A stretch of 64,000 nt of DNA from the NCBI GenBank assembly GCA_038496445.1, contig JALMLS010000086.1, forward strand, positions 55,535-119,534. Direction: 5' to 3'. The position numbers and the translations under genes were made by a program. Origin of the DNA: Trichosphaerium sp. ATCC 40318 (lineage: Eukaryota; Protista; Tubulinea). The notes below the pieces were generated by a model. That model did not search any database and had not been told where the DNA came from. It was given only the letters and a program-made list of their open reading frames with translations. This document shows positions 25,813 through 39,328 of this stretch, piece by piece; position 1 is the stretch's first letter, and every line of letters begins with the position of its first letter.

Positions 25813-28273
25813 CTACAAGTATTCCCTAAACGGAAAATTTAGTTTGAGCTTAAAATTAAGAAACGGTTTTTTAAATTGCGTACCAGTGGGTAACCATGAG
25901 TTTCTGCAAAGCCAGTAAAGAATGTTTTCGCACTTCGGCATCATCGTGCTCAAGCAAGGCCATGATAGGCGATTTTAAGTCCAAGTGAGAGGCAACACTG
26001 AAAGGGTTTAACTGAAGAAACCAAAAAAAAATACAAAAGACAGAAATTGTCAACAAAACACATACGCTTTACCACGAACGTGGAATCGAACAAACTCTCC
26101 AACATCATAGCATCCAACAGCCAAAACACGAGGAATAGTGCTTGTAACCAAAATCTGTTTGAGCACCCTGAAAAGGACGTTAACAATCACCTCAAAAGCG
26201 AAGAAAAACATTTCTTAACACTTCTCTTCCCTCAATCAGTTTGAGGACAAGTGATTGAGGACAAGTGATTTTTAAAATGCATGCAAGTAGGATCTTACTT
26301 GAGTAACTGGTAATCTTCCTCGTCGAATCTAAAAATATTTTCTCTCCAGAACTTCTCGGATTTGTGCGAAGGTGTCCAGTCAAGCTTCTGTGATAAAAGC
26401 TCCGTTTTATATACATCAAATGTGCTGAGCGCTTGGAACTTATCGTTCAGTACTTCTTCGATATGTTTAATGTCGGCTTCAACATCCTACAAACTTTCTT
26501 TTAGGAAAAAAAACAATTTCGGTTCAGCGTCTCGAGCTGAAAAACACTTACCTCGTCCGAATCCAAGTTTTTATGGGTAGCAAGGTAATCTATAGTACGG
26601 AGGAGACCACTTGAGATCATAATTTCTTTGTTGTGACCGATATCCAAGATATTCTTTAAAGGAAAAGTCAAAAAACTATTTACATGAAGGGAAAAAAAAA
26701 AACAACTTTACGACGTACCCTCAATGTAGCAATAGAAACACGTCTTACTTTTGTAACCTTGGCGTATTTTACAATATCACACAAAGCAGTAACAAGAGCA
26801 GCCTTCTTCATAGTCTTAATGACACGCTTGTTGAAAGAAAGACACCAAATACAATAAATTGTTTGGTAAAGTAATTGGAAATTAGGTCTATTGCCATCAT
26901 CTTCCTCTTCATACTAAAACAGGCATCAGTCAAAAGAGGTAAAGTAAGTACAATTAGAAATAATGACATACGCTGCCTGGCTCGTATACTTGAATCATGT
27001 TAGTCAAACTACACAAAGGAGTTAAAACCAAGATCAATAACGTCTCTAGAAAGCTTGCCAAGTGGCATAGCAAGGAGACAAAACGCTCAAAGTGTCTTCT
27101 TAAATGCAACGTACGCTTCAAGACCTCTTTCTTTAACGAAGGAAGAGCGATAGTTGTTTTTGCGAAGCAACGATTGTAGACTGGTTACAGCGATAGTTTT
27201 AGTCTTGTCATCCTTGCTGAGTTGGTCTACAAGCCATGCGAAAAAGAACTCTTCGTTTTCTTCGTCTACCTTAGGAAACTCCCTAAAAAGCTGTAAGTAC
27301 GCTTCTTAGGATACGAAATGTCGCATTTAAGTTTTTGTAGAGTGAATTCAAGAGATTTTTGTCGGTGTTAATTTTTGACGCTTTTTTATGACTTCTGACG
27401 TACATGAAAAACATTGTAAGAACGCTGCAGGCCTTAGCGTTAATATACCAATCATTTTTATCCTTTTGTAGTAACCTGGAGTAAAGGTGTTAGGCCGCAA
27501 TTGGAATTTTTTGACTTTTGTTTTATTTTTTTGGGGCTTTGGCAACTACGATTTTATGGTATGAAAGTGTGCCCTGTAGTGAACGTACGATATTAATGGC
27601 CCGAATGGGAGTGCTTGAATGGTTTGGTCTGGTGCCATGTCTTTTAGCGCATAAAATAATAGAGCGCGCTCAGTGTTATCTATGAGTGTTTTAGACAACG
27701 TTTACGAGTGTTTGTAAAGAAAATTAGTGTTTGATAGACATGTCAGACGACAATGTTATTTAGTGCGTTGTTGTAGGTTTTCACATAGTAAAAGCGTAAA
27801 TTGAGATCTTGAGTGTTTTGTGGCGTTTTTTAAGCGTACCAGTGAGAATTTCATCAATTAGGAACAGAACGTATTGTAAATACTCTGTCTTTTGTATTTT
27901 CGCTACAAGAACCATGAAAATACGTGCGTAAGCACCACCATCCTAAAAGATGCGTTAATTTCAAAACTAAGCGTATATGGCAGTGGGACACCGATTTAGC
28001 GACTATAGATACACAATAACAAATAAAATAGTTATTTGATACAAAACGTGCTATTACCTGCTCTAACATTGAGCCCTTATCTGCGAGGGCCCCTTGCAGA
28101 GCGTCATATTTTTTTAGAAGCGACAGGTCCTCTTTATCAAGATATGGTCCTACAAGCTTGTCCCACGGGATAGAACGCTCCATAACCTTCGCCTCAGTCA
28201 TAACCATCTCGTCTTCGTCATTTTGGAGATAATCACGCTCCGTTATAAGCGCATTAATCTTGTCTTCAGCCAT
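25813..28273 (-). CDS. ATP6V1H: V-type proton ATPase V1 subunit H, multi-exon
   Basis: ERSIPWD, FQLLYQTIYCIWCLSFN, KVRRVSIATLRN, LSTFDVYKTELLSQKLDWTPSH...KFWRENI, LAVGCYDVGEFVRFH, VRKHSLLALQKLMVTHWEYL*. Confidence 0.95.
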
Positions 28274-28875
28274 AGTTGCGGTTATGTGTAAAAACGCTTT
28301 GGGGTTACTTTAGGGCGACTGTTCTTTCGATTTTTCGTGTGAAAATCAAAAATTACTTTCAGCCAAAGTACAATGTGCGCAAGCACGTCCATTGCACTCA
28401 ATATCTTTACAAATAGTATGCAGAGTGAACTGACCATAAAAAAAAGTAGCAGAAATGCAACGAGGTTCAAGTGACGTAATTGCACCTTGCCTAACGCAAT
28501 ATTGCTCAGGGAACCTACTTGCAAAAGAGGCAGGTAAACTAAGTTGTACTCTCAGAGTCTGTAGTTTGTTTAATTGAACTTTTCCCAAACCTTGATAAAG
28601 CGTAAGGCCAACAATGGACTGTGCTGTCTCCGAGTATTACTTTTATTTGTCTACGTGCTGGGATTGACCTTTTCTTGAGCAAGCCTACATTGGGCTTTCT
28701 AAGGGTTGCACCGCACCAACCCAATCTTCCACGTGTTAATTGACATTGATATTTTAACGTAGCTGATTTGTACCGTGCGTCTATCTTCGCTCACCTTTGA
28801 TGGAGTTCACAAGGTTGTGCTCCAATAGACTTAATTGGTAGATTTGTTTAACTGCGCTTGCTTGCTGTTTCGAAC

Positions 28876-31800
28876 ATGTCTAGTATCAGCGCAAAAGAAG
28901 CCGAGTTATATGCGCTTTTAGAGGAGCTTGAACGCGATTATCCAGGAGATATCCAGAGTACGTTAATTCAAATTACTGTTAACGCCAAGAGCGATCTTCG
29001 GAGGGCGCTTGTAAGCAAAAATTAACAAAAAAACAAATTAAAGTCTAAAATTGCTTCCAAAACCTCTCCTCCCAGACATATTCACGTGATACCTCACGTG
29101 GATGCTAATGGGTCATCACGTAACCATTTTGTTCTCATCTTACCGTACACTGAGAGAATAACTATGAAATCCGGACTGTTACGGGGAGACTGTTTGTGCT
29201 TTATTTTCGGTTTTTGGCAGTATTTGTAAACATTCGTATTGAGGTCTAAGACCTGCATAAACTAATACGTATATCCTTAGCTAGCAAAGGAGTACGTAGT
29301 GAATCCTTTGCAGGACAAGAACAAGACCTGGCACAATTACAAGAAGATTTAAATATTGAACCTGGCCCAGCTACAACACAACTAACGCCAAATGAAATGA
29401 GCTCAGCAAAGAATGTACGTAGAACCAATTAGCAGTTTAGACTTTCAGCGCAATAGTTTTGCCACTAGTACCGCTAGCCATTTTCATAAAAAAGAAAAAA
29501 AAAATAGCACGTGGCTGTTCACAAACTGGTTTTGTTTTAAATGAAAGCAAGAAGTGTTCTGTTTTGATGGTTTCTTTTGACTCCTTTCGCATTTTGTTTA
29601 TTTTTGGTAGAGGCGACACTCTCACGTTGATGAGTTAGAAGCCATTATGGCGGATCTAGGCGATCCTCCAGCTATAGAATCCGCAAAACCTCAAAGACAA
29701 GAGAAGCCACATCTATCTGCTTCTGAGCAACAACTAGAGGATTTAATGTCGGATCTAATGACTACAGCGATGGATAAGTGAGTATTTACAGCGATTTTAG
29801 TTCCTAAATTAAATAATTTTTAAAGTGCACCTGGGGAAGCTCCTGGAGAGGCACCACTTGATGACGATCCTCTGATCAGGTAAACTTTATTTCATGTTTT
29901 AAGTTGTTTAGTTTTATTCTAGCGAGGCATCCTTCTCAATGCCTCCACCAACGCGACTAAATTCTGTACCTGAGCCTCCAGAGGATAGCATGGATGAAGG
30001 AGACTTTATACTTGGTAGAAGAGACTCTGAAGCTGATGGTTATGGTACGTAATTGACTATTGCATTTAGCACCGACTTACGTTTTTAAAAACTAGGCGCG
30101 GAGGGTATTACTTCGCCATTCGACGCTATGCCTTCACACGGCACCCCAGCTCCTCAAGGCGACGAAGAAGATATAGATGCATTATTAGATGGATTTGACA
30201 AGGAAACAGAGTTATATAGGTAAACAAGAAAACTATTTTAATTACTTTGTTTAATTCTGCCTAGATCCTCGCTTCAATCTGCGAGAGCTTCTGCTGCTTC
30301 TCAATCAGGAAGGAATAATCCACCACCAGCAGCTACACCTACAAATACGCCTAGCAGAGCTCAAAAGGGTACTTGCTCCTGTCACCTTTGATATGCTTAA
30401 ATTAAAATAGATTCTGTATCGTCTACTACGAGGAGAAAGTCTAGGCCACTTTCTCATGTTCCACAAAAGCACGTGACAAATTTTATTCTTAGTTCTTGTT
30501 GCTAAAGGAAATTTTTTTTTCTCATAATTTGTTTCGTACAGTAGCATGGGTTCTCCTTTCTCATACCCAAGTGAACCATCACGCAAGTCTCAACAACCGT
30601 CGAGAGCATCTCAAGAGCCAGCGTATATCGCTCAAGAACCAACACGTATTTCACAACCACCTTCATACTCTCAAGAACCAACGCGTGTCTCACAACCACC
30701 AAACAGAATGTCCCAACAACCAAACAGAATGTCTCAACAGCCTAGCTATGAACCAACACCTCAACAACCAAATAGAATGTCTCAACAACCAAACCGTGCT
30801 TCTCAACAACCTAATTATAATCAACAACAAAATAACAACAGGCAATCATACCAAAGACAACGTGTTTCTGTTGTGGCTGATGTGAAACAACAAGTGTACA
30901 AACCAATTGCTGAGGTATGATTTTTTTTATTTCATCTCTCATTTTGATTCTGCTTTTGCGACCCTCTTGTCTTCGCTTTCTTTGAATGCAAACCTGAACT
31001 TTTCGCTTTCCTACTTGTGAAAATACGAAGAATTTAATTCGTTTAGGCTTTCTCATATTCTTTTAATTTCATGGGCCCACAAACGACCCAACTTGGTTGT
31101 GCTGCCGTATTTAAACTTGGCGCAAAAGAAGCATCTGGAAATCACCTTCAAATAGACTTGCACAACGTTCAGGGAATCGCACACGGACCAGGTACACTTT
31201 GCGTTTCCTTCTTTTCTCAAACTCACCTTCCTTTTTCTAGCTGAGGTTCATGCCGAAGTGAAGAATGGAACAAATGGCGCCGCTAATATAGAGTTCATCT
31301 TCCAAGCTCCTGGAAACTACACCGTATCCATAAACTACAACAACCAACCTCTATTTTCTCAAAAATTAAAGGTACGTCTTCTACAGAACGTTTTTAAGAA
31401 CCAAGAAAATAACACGTGATTATTTTTTACTAACAAAAGAAGACTTTTCTTTATATTTACAAATTGTTTAGGCATTCGAAATGGGCGGTGGAAACAGAGG
31501 AGGCGGTGGAGCTCCTACTGTAACTAATTTTAAGGTTGAAGGTATGGGTCTCACTTACGCTAAAACAACTCAAACAACCAACTTTTTGATGCTCGTGAAT
31601 GATGGCAACGGAAATCCTAAGGTAATTTTATTTGTACATAAATATTCAACCTCTGGTGGCGACAAGTCGCAAAATGTTTTGGCTTTTATATAATCTGCTT
31701 ACTCACCTTGTTTTCTTTTGAAGGATATCGAAGTCAAGGATGTACGTGTTCGTATGGAAGGTAATGATAACTTCTTTGCTCGTGTATCACACTCTGGTCA

Positions 31801-31912
31801 GACAGGAAGGTATCTAGCTGAGTACACAGCAACTATACCTGGAAAGTACCTTGTGTTTATCTCATACAAAGGACAAAATATCATAAATAACATTGAGTTG
31901 GTTGTTACGTAA
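28876..31912 (+). CDS. Cytoskeletal adaptor: paxillin-like LD motifs + P/Q/S-rich repeats + two filamin-type Ig repeats, multi-exon
   Basis: ELYALLEEL, DELEAIMADL, QQLEDLMSDL, EDIDALLDGF; filamin repeats IEFIFQAPGNYTVSINYN and VEGMGL...GRYLAEYTATIPGKYLVFISYKGQNI. Confidence 0.75.
30575..30812 (+). repeat. Degenerate coding repeat of about 21 nt (SQQPNRM / SQEPTRV heptads)
   Basis: Recurring TCTCAA(C/G)AACC units within an exon. Confidence 0.8.
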
Positions 31913-32583
31913 AAGCACAGCCACACGAGATCAACAATAAATAGAGATAATAAAATGAATGATGCTTTTTTTTTTATCTGTTTTTTTTTCCGTGCCTTTT
32001 ATTTCGTTTTCCAGTCTGCTTCACCACTCTCTTGTAGACCTACTTGGTTTATTAGGTCACCGTTGAGAGACATATTCACACCAATGACTTAGTGTTTCCC
32101 AGCGAGTAAAAACGTGTTTGTGTTCATGAATTCGTTGAATTACCGTATTTAAGGTGTGCTTTGATATTCCCCTTATGGTTGGATCTTATTGGCGGTGCTC
32201 AAGGTACGGGAAAGAGGAGCTAATTAATATTTTGAGAATATGAGTGATTCATGCGTGACACCTTGTGGCGTCATAGCCACGTTTTTATAATACCAGTGGT
32301 CCCAGAACTATCCTTGAAGCAATATGGAAGGTTTTGTAACTATTGTAGTTTTTGATTGGTTATTGGAGGTTCAGGAAATCTTCGGAGACTTTCGGTCACA
32401 CCACACGCTATAGCTATGACCCATTGGTCGATTTATTGGCAATAGACGTCGTGAACTTTTCGTGTATGACGCAATATTTGTCTCAAGAAAATCACGTGAA
32501 AAGGCAAGGTGATCCTTACAGTCATAAACATCAACAACCTACACAATCAACAACAACTCCACTAGAACAAACAAACCAACAAC

Positions 32584-33117
32584 ATGGGTAAATCTAAACT
32601 TGCAATCGAAACTCAACTTCTTGAACTTGCCAAAGCCGAATACAAAAAGATGAGCGATAAACAAAAAGAAAAGCACTCTAAACCTAAAAAATGCAGTGTC
32701 TCAAAGAACTTTGTCATAAAGATAAATAGAAAAAGGCGAGCAGAGGAGGACAATAAACATCAGGATACATATACTGCTTGTACTTGTTTGGCTGTATACG
32801 CAACAAAGACAACAACATATGTTATTGTCACGAATGATTTCTTCAAGAGTGGCGATGGGAACAAGCATGAAAGGCTGTTTGCTTATGCCAAGCAACAATC
32901 TTGGATCAAGAAGAACACTGAGGAATGGCAAGTCAGCGGATGGACAATCAGCACCAGCAATAGAAAGGCGTTCAAGTCTGTTTTTAACAATGCTATAAAT
33001 GCACGTCGTAGAAGCCCAAGAGCCTATATGAGTGTTTTTGAGCAAGAGGTGCTCGGTAATTGCTTTGGTAAAAACAGGACCGCAGAGGTACTGACGGATA
33101 CAAAGAAAATTCCTTAG
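32584..33117 (+). CDS. Intronless basic orphan protein (177 aa)
   Basis: Clean ATG-TAG ORF after an AC-rich 5' leader, with AATAAA downstream; K/R-rich; no recognisable domain. Confidence 0.7.
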   Translation: MGKSKLAIETQLLELAKAEYKKMSDKQKEKHSKPKKCSVSKNFVIKINRKRRAEEDNKHQDTYTACTCLAVYATKTTTYVIVTNDFFKSGDGNKHERLFAYAKQQSWIKKNTEEWQVSGWTISTSNRKAFKSVFNNAINARRRSPRAYMSVFEQEVLGNCFGKNRTAEVLTDTKKIP

Positions 33118-33361
33118 AACCAATAACGAAGACCACGTGTGCAATTTGTAGAAATAAAATAGTTTGAAATGACAAAGCAACTTGATCTATGATTTAGTGG
33201 TTTATTCCCACAGCAAGCAATCCGCCTAAACCTCAAAGGGCTGGCCGGTTTTCACGTGTTTATCAAAGACCTTAATTAGCCCTCTAATAATTCCTAATGC
33301 TGGTTTGTGTTGCGGTGTACATCGTATGTATTTACTTCCTAGGGACACTTATTGCTTTGTA

Positions 33362-35632
33362 CATGAACAAGCTACAAATTTACGTTAACCATGTAGAGTG
33401 AGTTTGTCCTGCGTGTACCCGACCATTCCGGCGTTAACTACTTGAAGGATATTACATAACAGGTACTCCGCAATCACTCCTATCCGCATTGGGCGTTACT
33501 CCAAGCATGTAAGAATAACTTAGTCTATTTTAGTCATTTGGTATTTCATTTCTTACAAACATGTTAAGAAAGACAATAGATGTTGCTGAGCGTGTACCAC
33601 CTCCTGGACGGCCCACACATTCCAGAAGAAGTCGTCTATTCTCCATTAAAAAGAGGAGAAGACATAGGTCGGCTAAATCAGTAGATAACAGACGTCGGAC
33701 GAGACAGAAGCAGACAGCAACGAGTATGAACCTGCTACTTGTTGGTACGTCTTTTTTTTTTTGGGTTGAAAAAAACACGGGCAAAAAAATCCTCCCCGTC
33801 GCTTCGCTATCACGTGCGCGTAAATACAAATTACTATTGAGTGAACAAAAAAACCTAGGAGCTGTGGGGTTTTTTTTTCTTTCACAAAAGCCTTTATTCA
33901 CCTTCTTTGCGTTGAGATGAAGGATGTCTTTGTGTTGTTAATTGAAATTCCGCTCAACTTCTAGGTCTTTTAAATTTTAAATTTCGTGTCTGACAGCCCC
34001 TATTTTTGTTAAACTAATTAAAACCTTTCTATTCTTTGTATTCTCAATATGTTTTAAGTGTTTTAATACTTTTTAGGAGATAGGTCTTCACTTGAAGAAA
34101 TGTTATTGGTCATGAAACGAACAGCACAACAACATGACAGGTCAAATAGAGCGATGGACACTTACCGTATTTTTATCCGCCAAACGTGCCTTCGCGAACT
34201 CAAAAGTTTCATTAATACTGCAACACAAAATATGGTACATGTGGAGTCCAAAAATCAGGCACGTGAGCTTAAGAAGACGCGTAATTTATGGTTAAAAACT
34301 AATACAATATTTGTGATTTGGAAAAAAAATCTCCTCCATTTGTTCTACTTCTTTCGTTAACTTCTAGCCCACAGGTTATCTCCCAGAAAGTATGCCGTTT
34401 GTCTTCTATGACCACATGGGATGGCGTTGTGAGTCATAACGTAGCTGCATTGTATGCAGACAAAGCGCTAAAAACAGTCGAAAATAAATTAACTTCCAAG
34501 CACAGAAACTCAGTAAAATAGTACGAAAAAACACTCTTCTCCAAAAAACGTGTTTGTTGTCTTCCACTGACGATCTTTTTTTTTTTTCAGTTGGCGTAAA
34601 AATATATCAAGAGTAGCAGATCCAAAATATCAACCAACAATACAAGACATTATTTTGTAAGTGGTAGTAGCGGTAAAAAAAATCCAACTTAAATTCAAAC
34701 GGTTTTTTTCTTTCTTTGTGGCTAGTTTGTGCGATTGATTTCTATTATTTATTAATGTCGTATATTCTAGGTCACGTTCTATTATCACAGGCATAGAAGA
34801 AGAGTATCTACAGTTCCCAAAAATATCATTCAAAACAGTTACTTTACTCGGAGATCAAGAAACAAGTGTAGATTTATCAAACCATTGTGAACGCTTTCAA
34901 GTTGTTGTTTACTGTGTAGACGTGAGCCAATTCGATAAGGTAATCTAGCGCCCTTACAGAAAAGTTTTGCGCCATCACGTGATTTTATCAAACTCAGAAA
35001 AACTTACTTATTCCCAACATAGAAAAATCGTGGGAAAAAAAAACAAGACTCACTTGGAAGAACATTGGATGATTTCAACAAGTGGTGTAACAGTATTGAA
35101 CATTGTAACACTCCTTTCATATTGCTCTTTACTGGTATAGAGTCATTCTCTGTAAAGCTCAGATCTGGTACTGATTTTGGAAAGTACTTTGAAGGCTACG
35201 AAGGTACACACCTACATTACATTACAAATACACATTTTTCTATGGTAACAAAAGATCTTCCTCTCGTAACATGTGATACTATCGTGTACTTGAGTGTTGT
35301 ACTTTATGGTTCCATTTATAGTGCAACCCTTGTTGGTAGAGCAGAAAGAGACAAGTTTTTTATTTGGTTTTTTTATTCCATACTAAGTTAATATTAAGGT
35401 GCTGCTGATGATGTTGAGAAGGCGTTAAAACATATCCGAGAACAATTTCGGGAACGTAATTATTCTTCACATCTTGTTTTACCTTTATTCGTACGCAACC
35501 ATTCTGAAGAAACAATTCAATCTATAATAGACGTACGTATCCAATTTAATGGATTTTTTTATGTTGCAAATTGCACGTGTTGTTAACACGTTTTATGTAA
35601 AGGCTATCCACGATTGTGCTCGTGATGATTGA
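33362..35632 (+). CDS. Highly divergent G-protein alpha-like protein with degenerate nucleotide-binding boxes (5' end uncertain)
   Basis: Colinear with G-alpha: NLLLVG, YRIFIRQTCLRELK, VAALYADKAL, VVVYCVDVSQFD, CNTPFILLF, FGKYFEGYEG, ALKHIREQFRERN; G1, G3 and G4 consensus lost. Confidence 0.7.
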
Positions 35633-35938
35633 TAAGGATTGTTATTGATAAATAAAAAGCACTTGTTAATAAAGAAACAAAGAAAGAAAAGTGTAAAATA
35701 CAATAAAGTCCAAATTTGTACAAAAATTTTTTTTTGTTTTTCACGTGCTAAAATAACAAGTTGCCTGCCGTTGAGTGTATCCCTCCACAACATTGCCGTA
35801 TACAACCAAACGGAATGATATGACCTCAGTTTTTGTGGACAGAAGAGATTGTCGAGGGTGAGGGTGCTACTTCTGTGTTGTTCGGACTGCTTGCCTTCTT
35901 TGAAAACTAAACTGAAATTGTGTTCCAGTGTTGTTCTT

Positions 35939-36359
35939 TCATCTACGAACACCAAAGTATACTAGTATTGGAGCGTTACTTGGGAACTCCTGTTTCACTG
36001 TTCTAAATAGCCTCTCTGGTATTACATTAATTACTCTGCCCTATACACAACCGTAGTTAGGTCTTTTATGTGTACAACGCAATTTTACGTACTGAGTATG
36101 ATCTAATTATGCAGGTTTTAGGCTGACTGTACGTAATGCGTAGATTCCCTGGTACGGACTTATTTGCGGCGTCTATGATGAGATACCTCAACTGTTTGAT
36201 TGTAATGTCTTCAGATATTTTTAAAAGAAGCGGAAATGCGCCAGCTATGTTTGAAAGAGAGATATGCGGTGTAAGCCGTACTTCGACGATTGACTTTACA
36301 AGAGGTTTTGTTTTTCCTTTTCGCCTGATAGGAGCCCTGGGTTCCTTCCTGTATGCCAT
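35939..36359 (-). CDS. Small hypothetical protein, possibly ubiquitin-like fold, two exons
   Basis: ATG ORF with LLKISEDITIKQLRYLI; spliced to GRVINVIPERLFRTVKQEFPSNAPILVYFGVRR*. Confidence 0.5.
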
Positions 36360-36557
36360 GGTTATGTTCTTATGGCTTTAGAAGCGCCAGTAAGCTAATG
36401 CTCGCTTAAACGATTTAAATCTATTTTGTTGCCTTTACATGGCACAACTTTTCTGTAGAAGAAGAACACGTGAAAAAACGCACCTGTATGTGTCTTTTTG
36501 GTTTATAGTTTTGCCTTTTTACCACGTGACACAATAAATTTGAGAATACTACTTTAA

Positions 36558-37850
36558 TTATGAGAAATTTAGTAGTTTTTCGCTTGATTCCTCACTGGAG
36601 CATTGGTCATGGCAAGAATACCAGGACGTACTGACAACCGTGTATGCAAACATAAGGGTCAATGTGGTATCAAACTGGTGAAAGTATAGCCCTGCTTCTA
36701 TACGCATATGAGAGGTGGAAGCGTTCAACAGATGTTACTAGAATTTTTTACTGAAACTACAAATCTAAAGTACATTAACCTATGCGCTCGCTTTCATGTC
36801 AAATACGATTACTCTATTACAATTTACATTGGCAGCATTAATATAGGTTGTTCCACCAACACTGGTAACACCATACCTTTAACAAAACAATGAGATTGCA
36901 AACAGTACTTAAATCACGTACCCAGAGTGTTGATGCCCAAACAAGTGTATTAATGGTTTTGTAGCATTAATAGCTCTAGTGACTGTATCACAGTTTGGTA
37001 CATGGCAATGCACTGTATTGAGTAAGCTACAAAAACACAATATAAAAACTCACTGTGTTTAGGCCCGTGTGTCATTAAAATGTCAACTTCTTTTGGTATT
37101 TTTGAGAATCTGTTTAATGTGCAAGACCCTTTCCAACCAAACCCACATATGGTTATACCCTCTACAACAACTACATCATCCTAAGTACATATTATCAGAC
37201 ACAACAATACCAATTCAATGATTCTTGTGCGGTAATAAAAAGAAAGGACAAAGTTTCATGTTTCAAAGTGATTCGAATTGATCCTCTTGTCACGTGTTGC
37301 GTACTTGTACAAATGTGCAATGCTTTGGTAGCTCGTTTGCAATCTTTTTATTTAAACCACTTGGATCAAATGGAGGTGCATCGTGATTACCAACAATGAC
37401 AAGCTTATGTTTATGTGGTAGAGAAGATAAAAAGTTGCAGAAAGTGTCAAAATGTTCATGCTTTCCAAACCTGGTAAAATCACCCGCTGAAAGCTGTCAT
37501 TAGTACAATGGATCGCTTACTATAACATAACAAAAGTTGGCGCATTTACAGACGAAACGTGAAGAATAAACGGCATTTGCAGTCAAAAAGCATAAAACGA
37601 GGTTTTGGATAAACGACTCGTACTGTGCAGGAAAATATCGCCTTCTGGTATTGGCAGATGGACATGTTGCCAATTATGAGTATCACTCATACAAACTATG
37701 CGTACTACGCCATCAGCATCGCTTTTAGGTGGTATGACGGGTTTCTCGGCTGAAAATTGATTAAATCAGCAATAAAAAACAATTACGATTACCCTTCATG
37801 CTACCAACGCCGTAAACGCCTAAAAGTGTAGCTTTTGAAGCTATTTCCAT
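36558..37850 (-). CDS. Calcineurin-like metallophosphoesterase (MPPED-like), multi-exon (3' end approximate)
   Basis: VRIVCMSDTHN, EGDIFLH/GDFTRFG, KLVIVGNHD, VDILMTHGP, HLFGHQH. Confidence 0.85.
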
Positions 37851-38461
37851 CACTTTATGGATTGTATATTTTGTTTTACACCTAAACAAGGCGACAATGT
37901 ACTATTCGAACGTGCGCCACTTGAGGTTCTGTTAGTTATGTATAATGTGTTTGTATTGAGCTTTTTCCTCAAATTTCAACGAAAAATGTACAAAAAGTGA
38001 CGCTCACTGGTAAGGTACGTATTACAGTACATGTACGCAATTACTCCGCACAAAAAATAAAAACCGATATCTCGTTGACAAGTGCAACCACCTCATCCTT
38101 GCTCTTGTTTTTTTCAGAACCGTAAAGTGAGTACTCACCTCTTTGACATGACACTTTCACAACTGTCAGTGGTATCTTTTTTTCTTTGCACCAAGTAGAG
38201 ACAATCATTTTACATACGAACATTTAACTTTGTTTTGGGATCTTATACAAGCTAAAGTGGTTGCGCTGACGCGTGTGTAGGGAGAGGTTAAACCGCCAGA
38301 ATATATTGGCACTAAATACCTTTCATCGTTGAGAAATATTTGTTTATTAGAACATATGCTTTACCTGCAACAACGCGTTAGAGAGAGAATGGCAAATAAA
38401 TAAAAAAAGACTTCAAAAAAAACACGGCGAAAAAATGATTTAATGTAGTGATTTTGAGTAC

Positions 38462-39036
38462 TTACTTAGCATGAGGGTGAGCTGTAATGTAATTGATGGC
38501 GTCTTCGCATCCGTGGATTTTTTCCGCCTCAGTATCTGGGATTTCAATGCAAAACTCGTCTTCAATGGCCATAACTAGGTGTCGTAAGCAATGAATTTTC
38601 AAAATTATGATAATTTAGAGTGTTTCGCCGCAGAAAAACAAACGGGTCCAAAGTTGTGCGAAAACTACGTGTTGGAGCACAAATAAAAGAAATTGAGCCT
38701 TCGCAATTAGAATAATACGCTTATTCAAACGAAAAAAAACAGATTTGAGCTCAGTGTGTTTAACGGGCTCAAAGGGCGCGTACCAAGCTCTACTGCGTCG
38801 AGCGAGTCTAATCCAAGGTCGGTCTCGAAGCGAGCCTTCTCAGTAACAGCTGTAGGGTCTACCTTTTCGAAAGTTTTGACGCAGTTGATAACACGGTTAG
38901 ATACTTCTTCTGCAGTAAGACCAGCGGATGCGGCGTATGCTCGAACAGAGACATTTGTTTTGATAGTAGGTGTGTTTTTTACACGGTAGGTTGAAGTAGC
39001 TGGCATGGAAGCCCGTACGAGTAGTCTGTTGAGCAT
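38462..39036 (-). CDS. NDUFAB1: Mitochondrial acyl carrier protein, two exons
   Basis: Presequence [10 protein letters not shown]...; [32 protein letters not shown] with the phosphopantetheine Ser; ends YITAHPHAK*. Confidence 0.95.
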
Positions 39037-39328
39037 CTTTAGTGTTTATAATAGAGTGGGAAAATTTCAACTGGCTAGTGAGGGCGGTCAAGAAAAAGTC
39101 AAATAGTGGTTTTTTTGATCGCACGCAGTTGTTTGATGCGTGACGCAAGTTTGCTGTTCTTCCGCTCAATTCAACTACAGTTATTTTTGCACAATAGTGA
39201 TTTTTAAATATCTTACATTTCACTTAGCGGCTTTTTTTTTTTTTACAAAGGGCAGCCAAAAGTCAGAAAAAAGAGAAACCCTCAGCTAAGACATAGAGTA
39301 TGTCAAATTGTTCGAGATATTAAACGTA

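Noticed and set aside
26241-26270. Perfect 14-bp tandem duplication (ttgaggacaagtga x2) in a V-ATPase H intron
   Set aside because: A simple slippage duplication, with no element between the copies.
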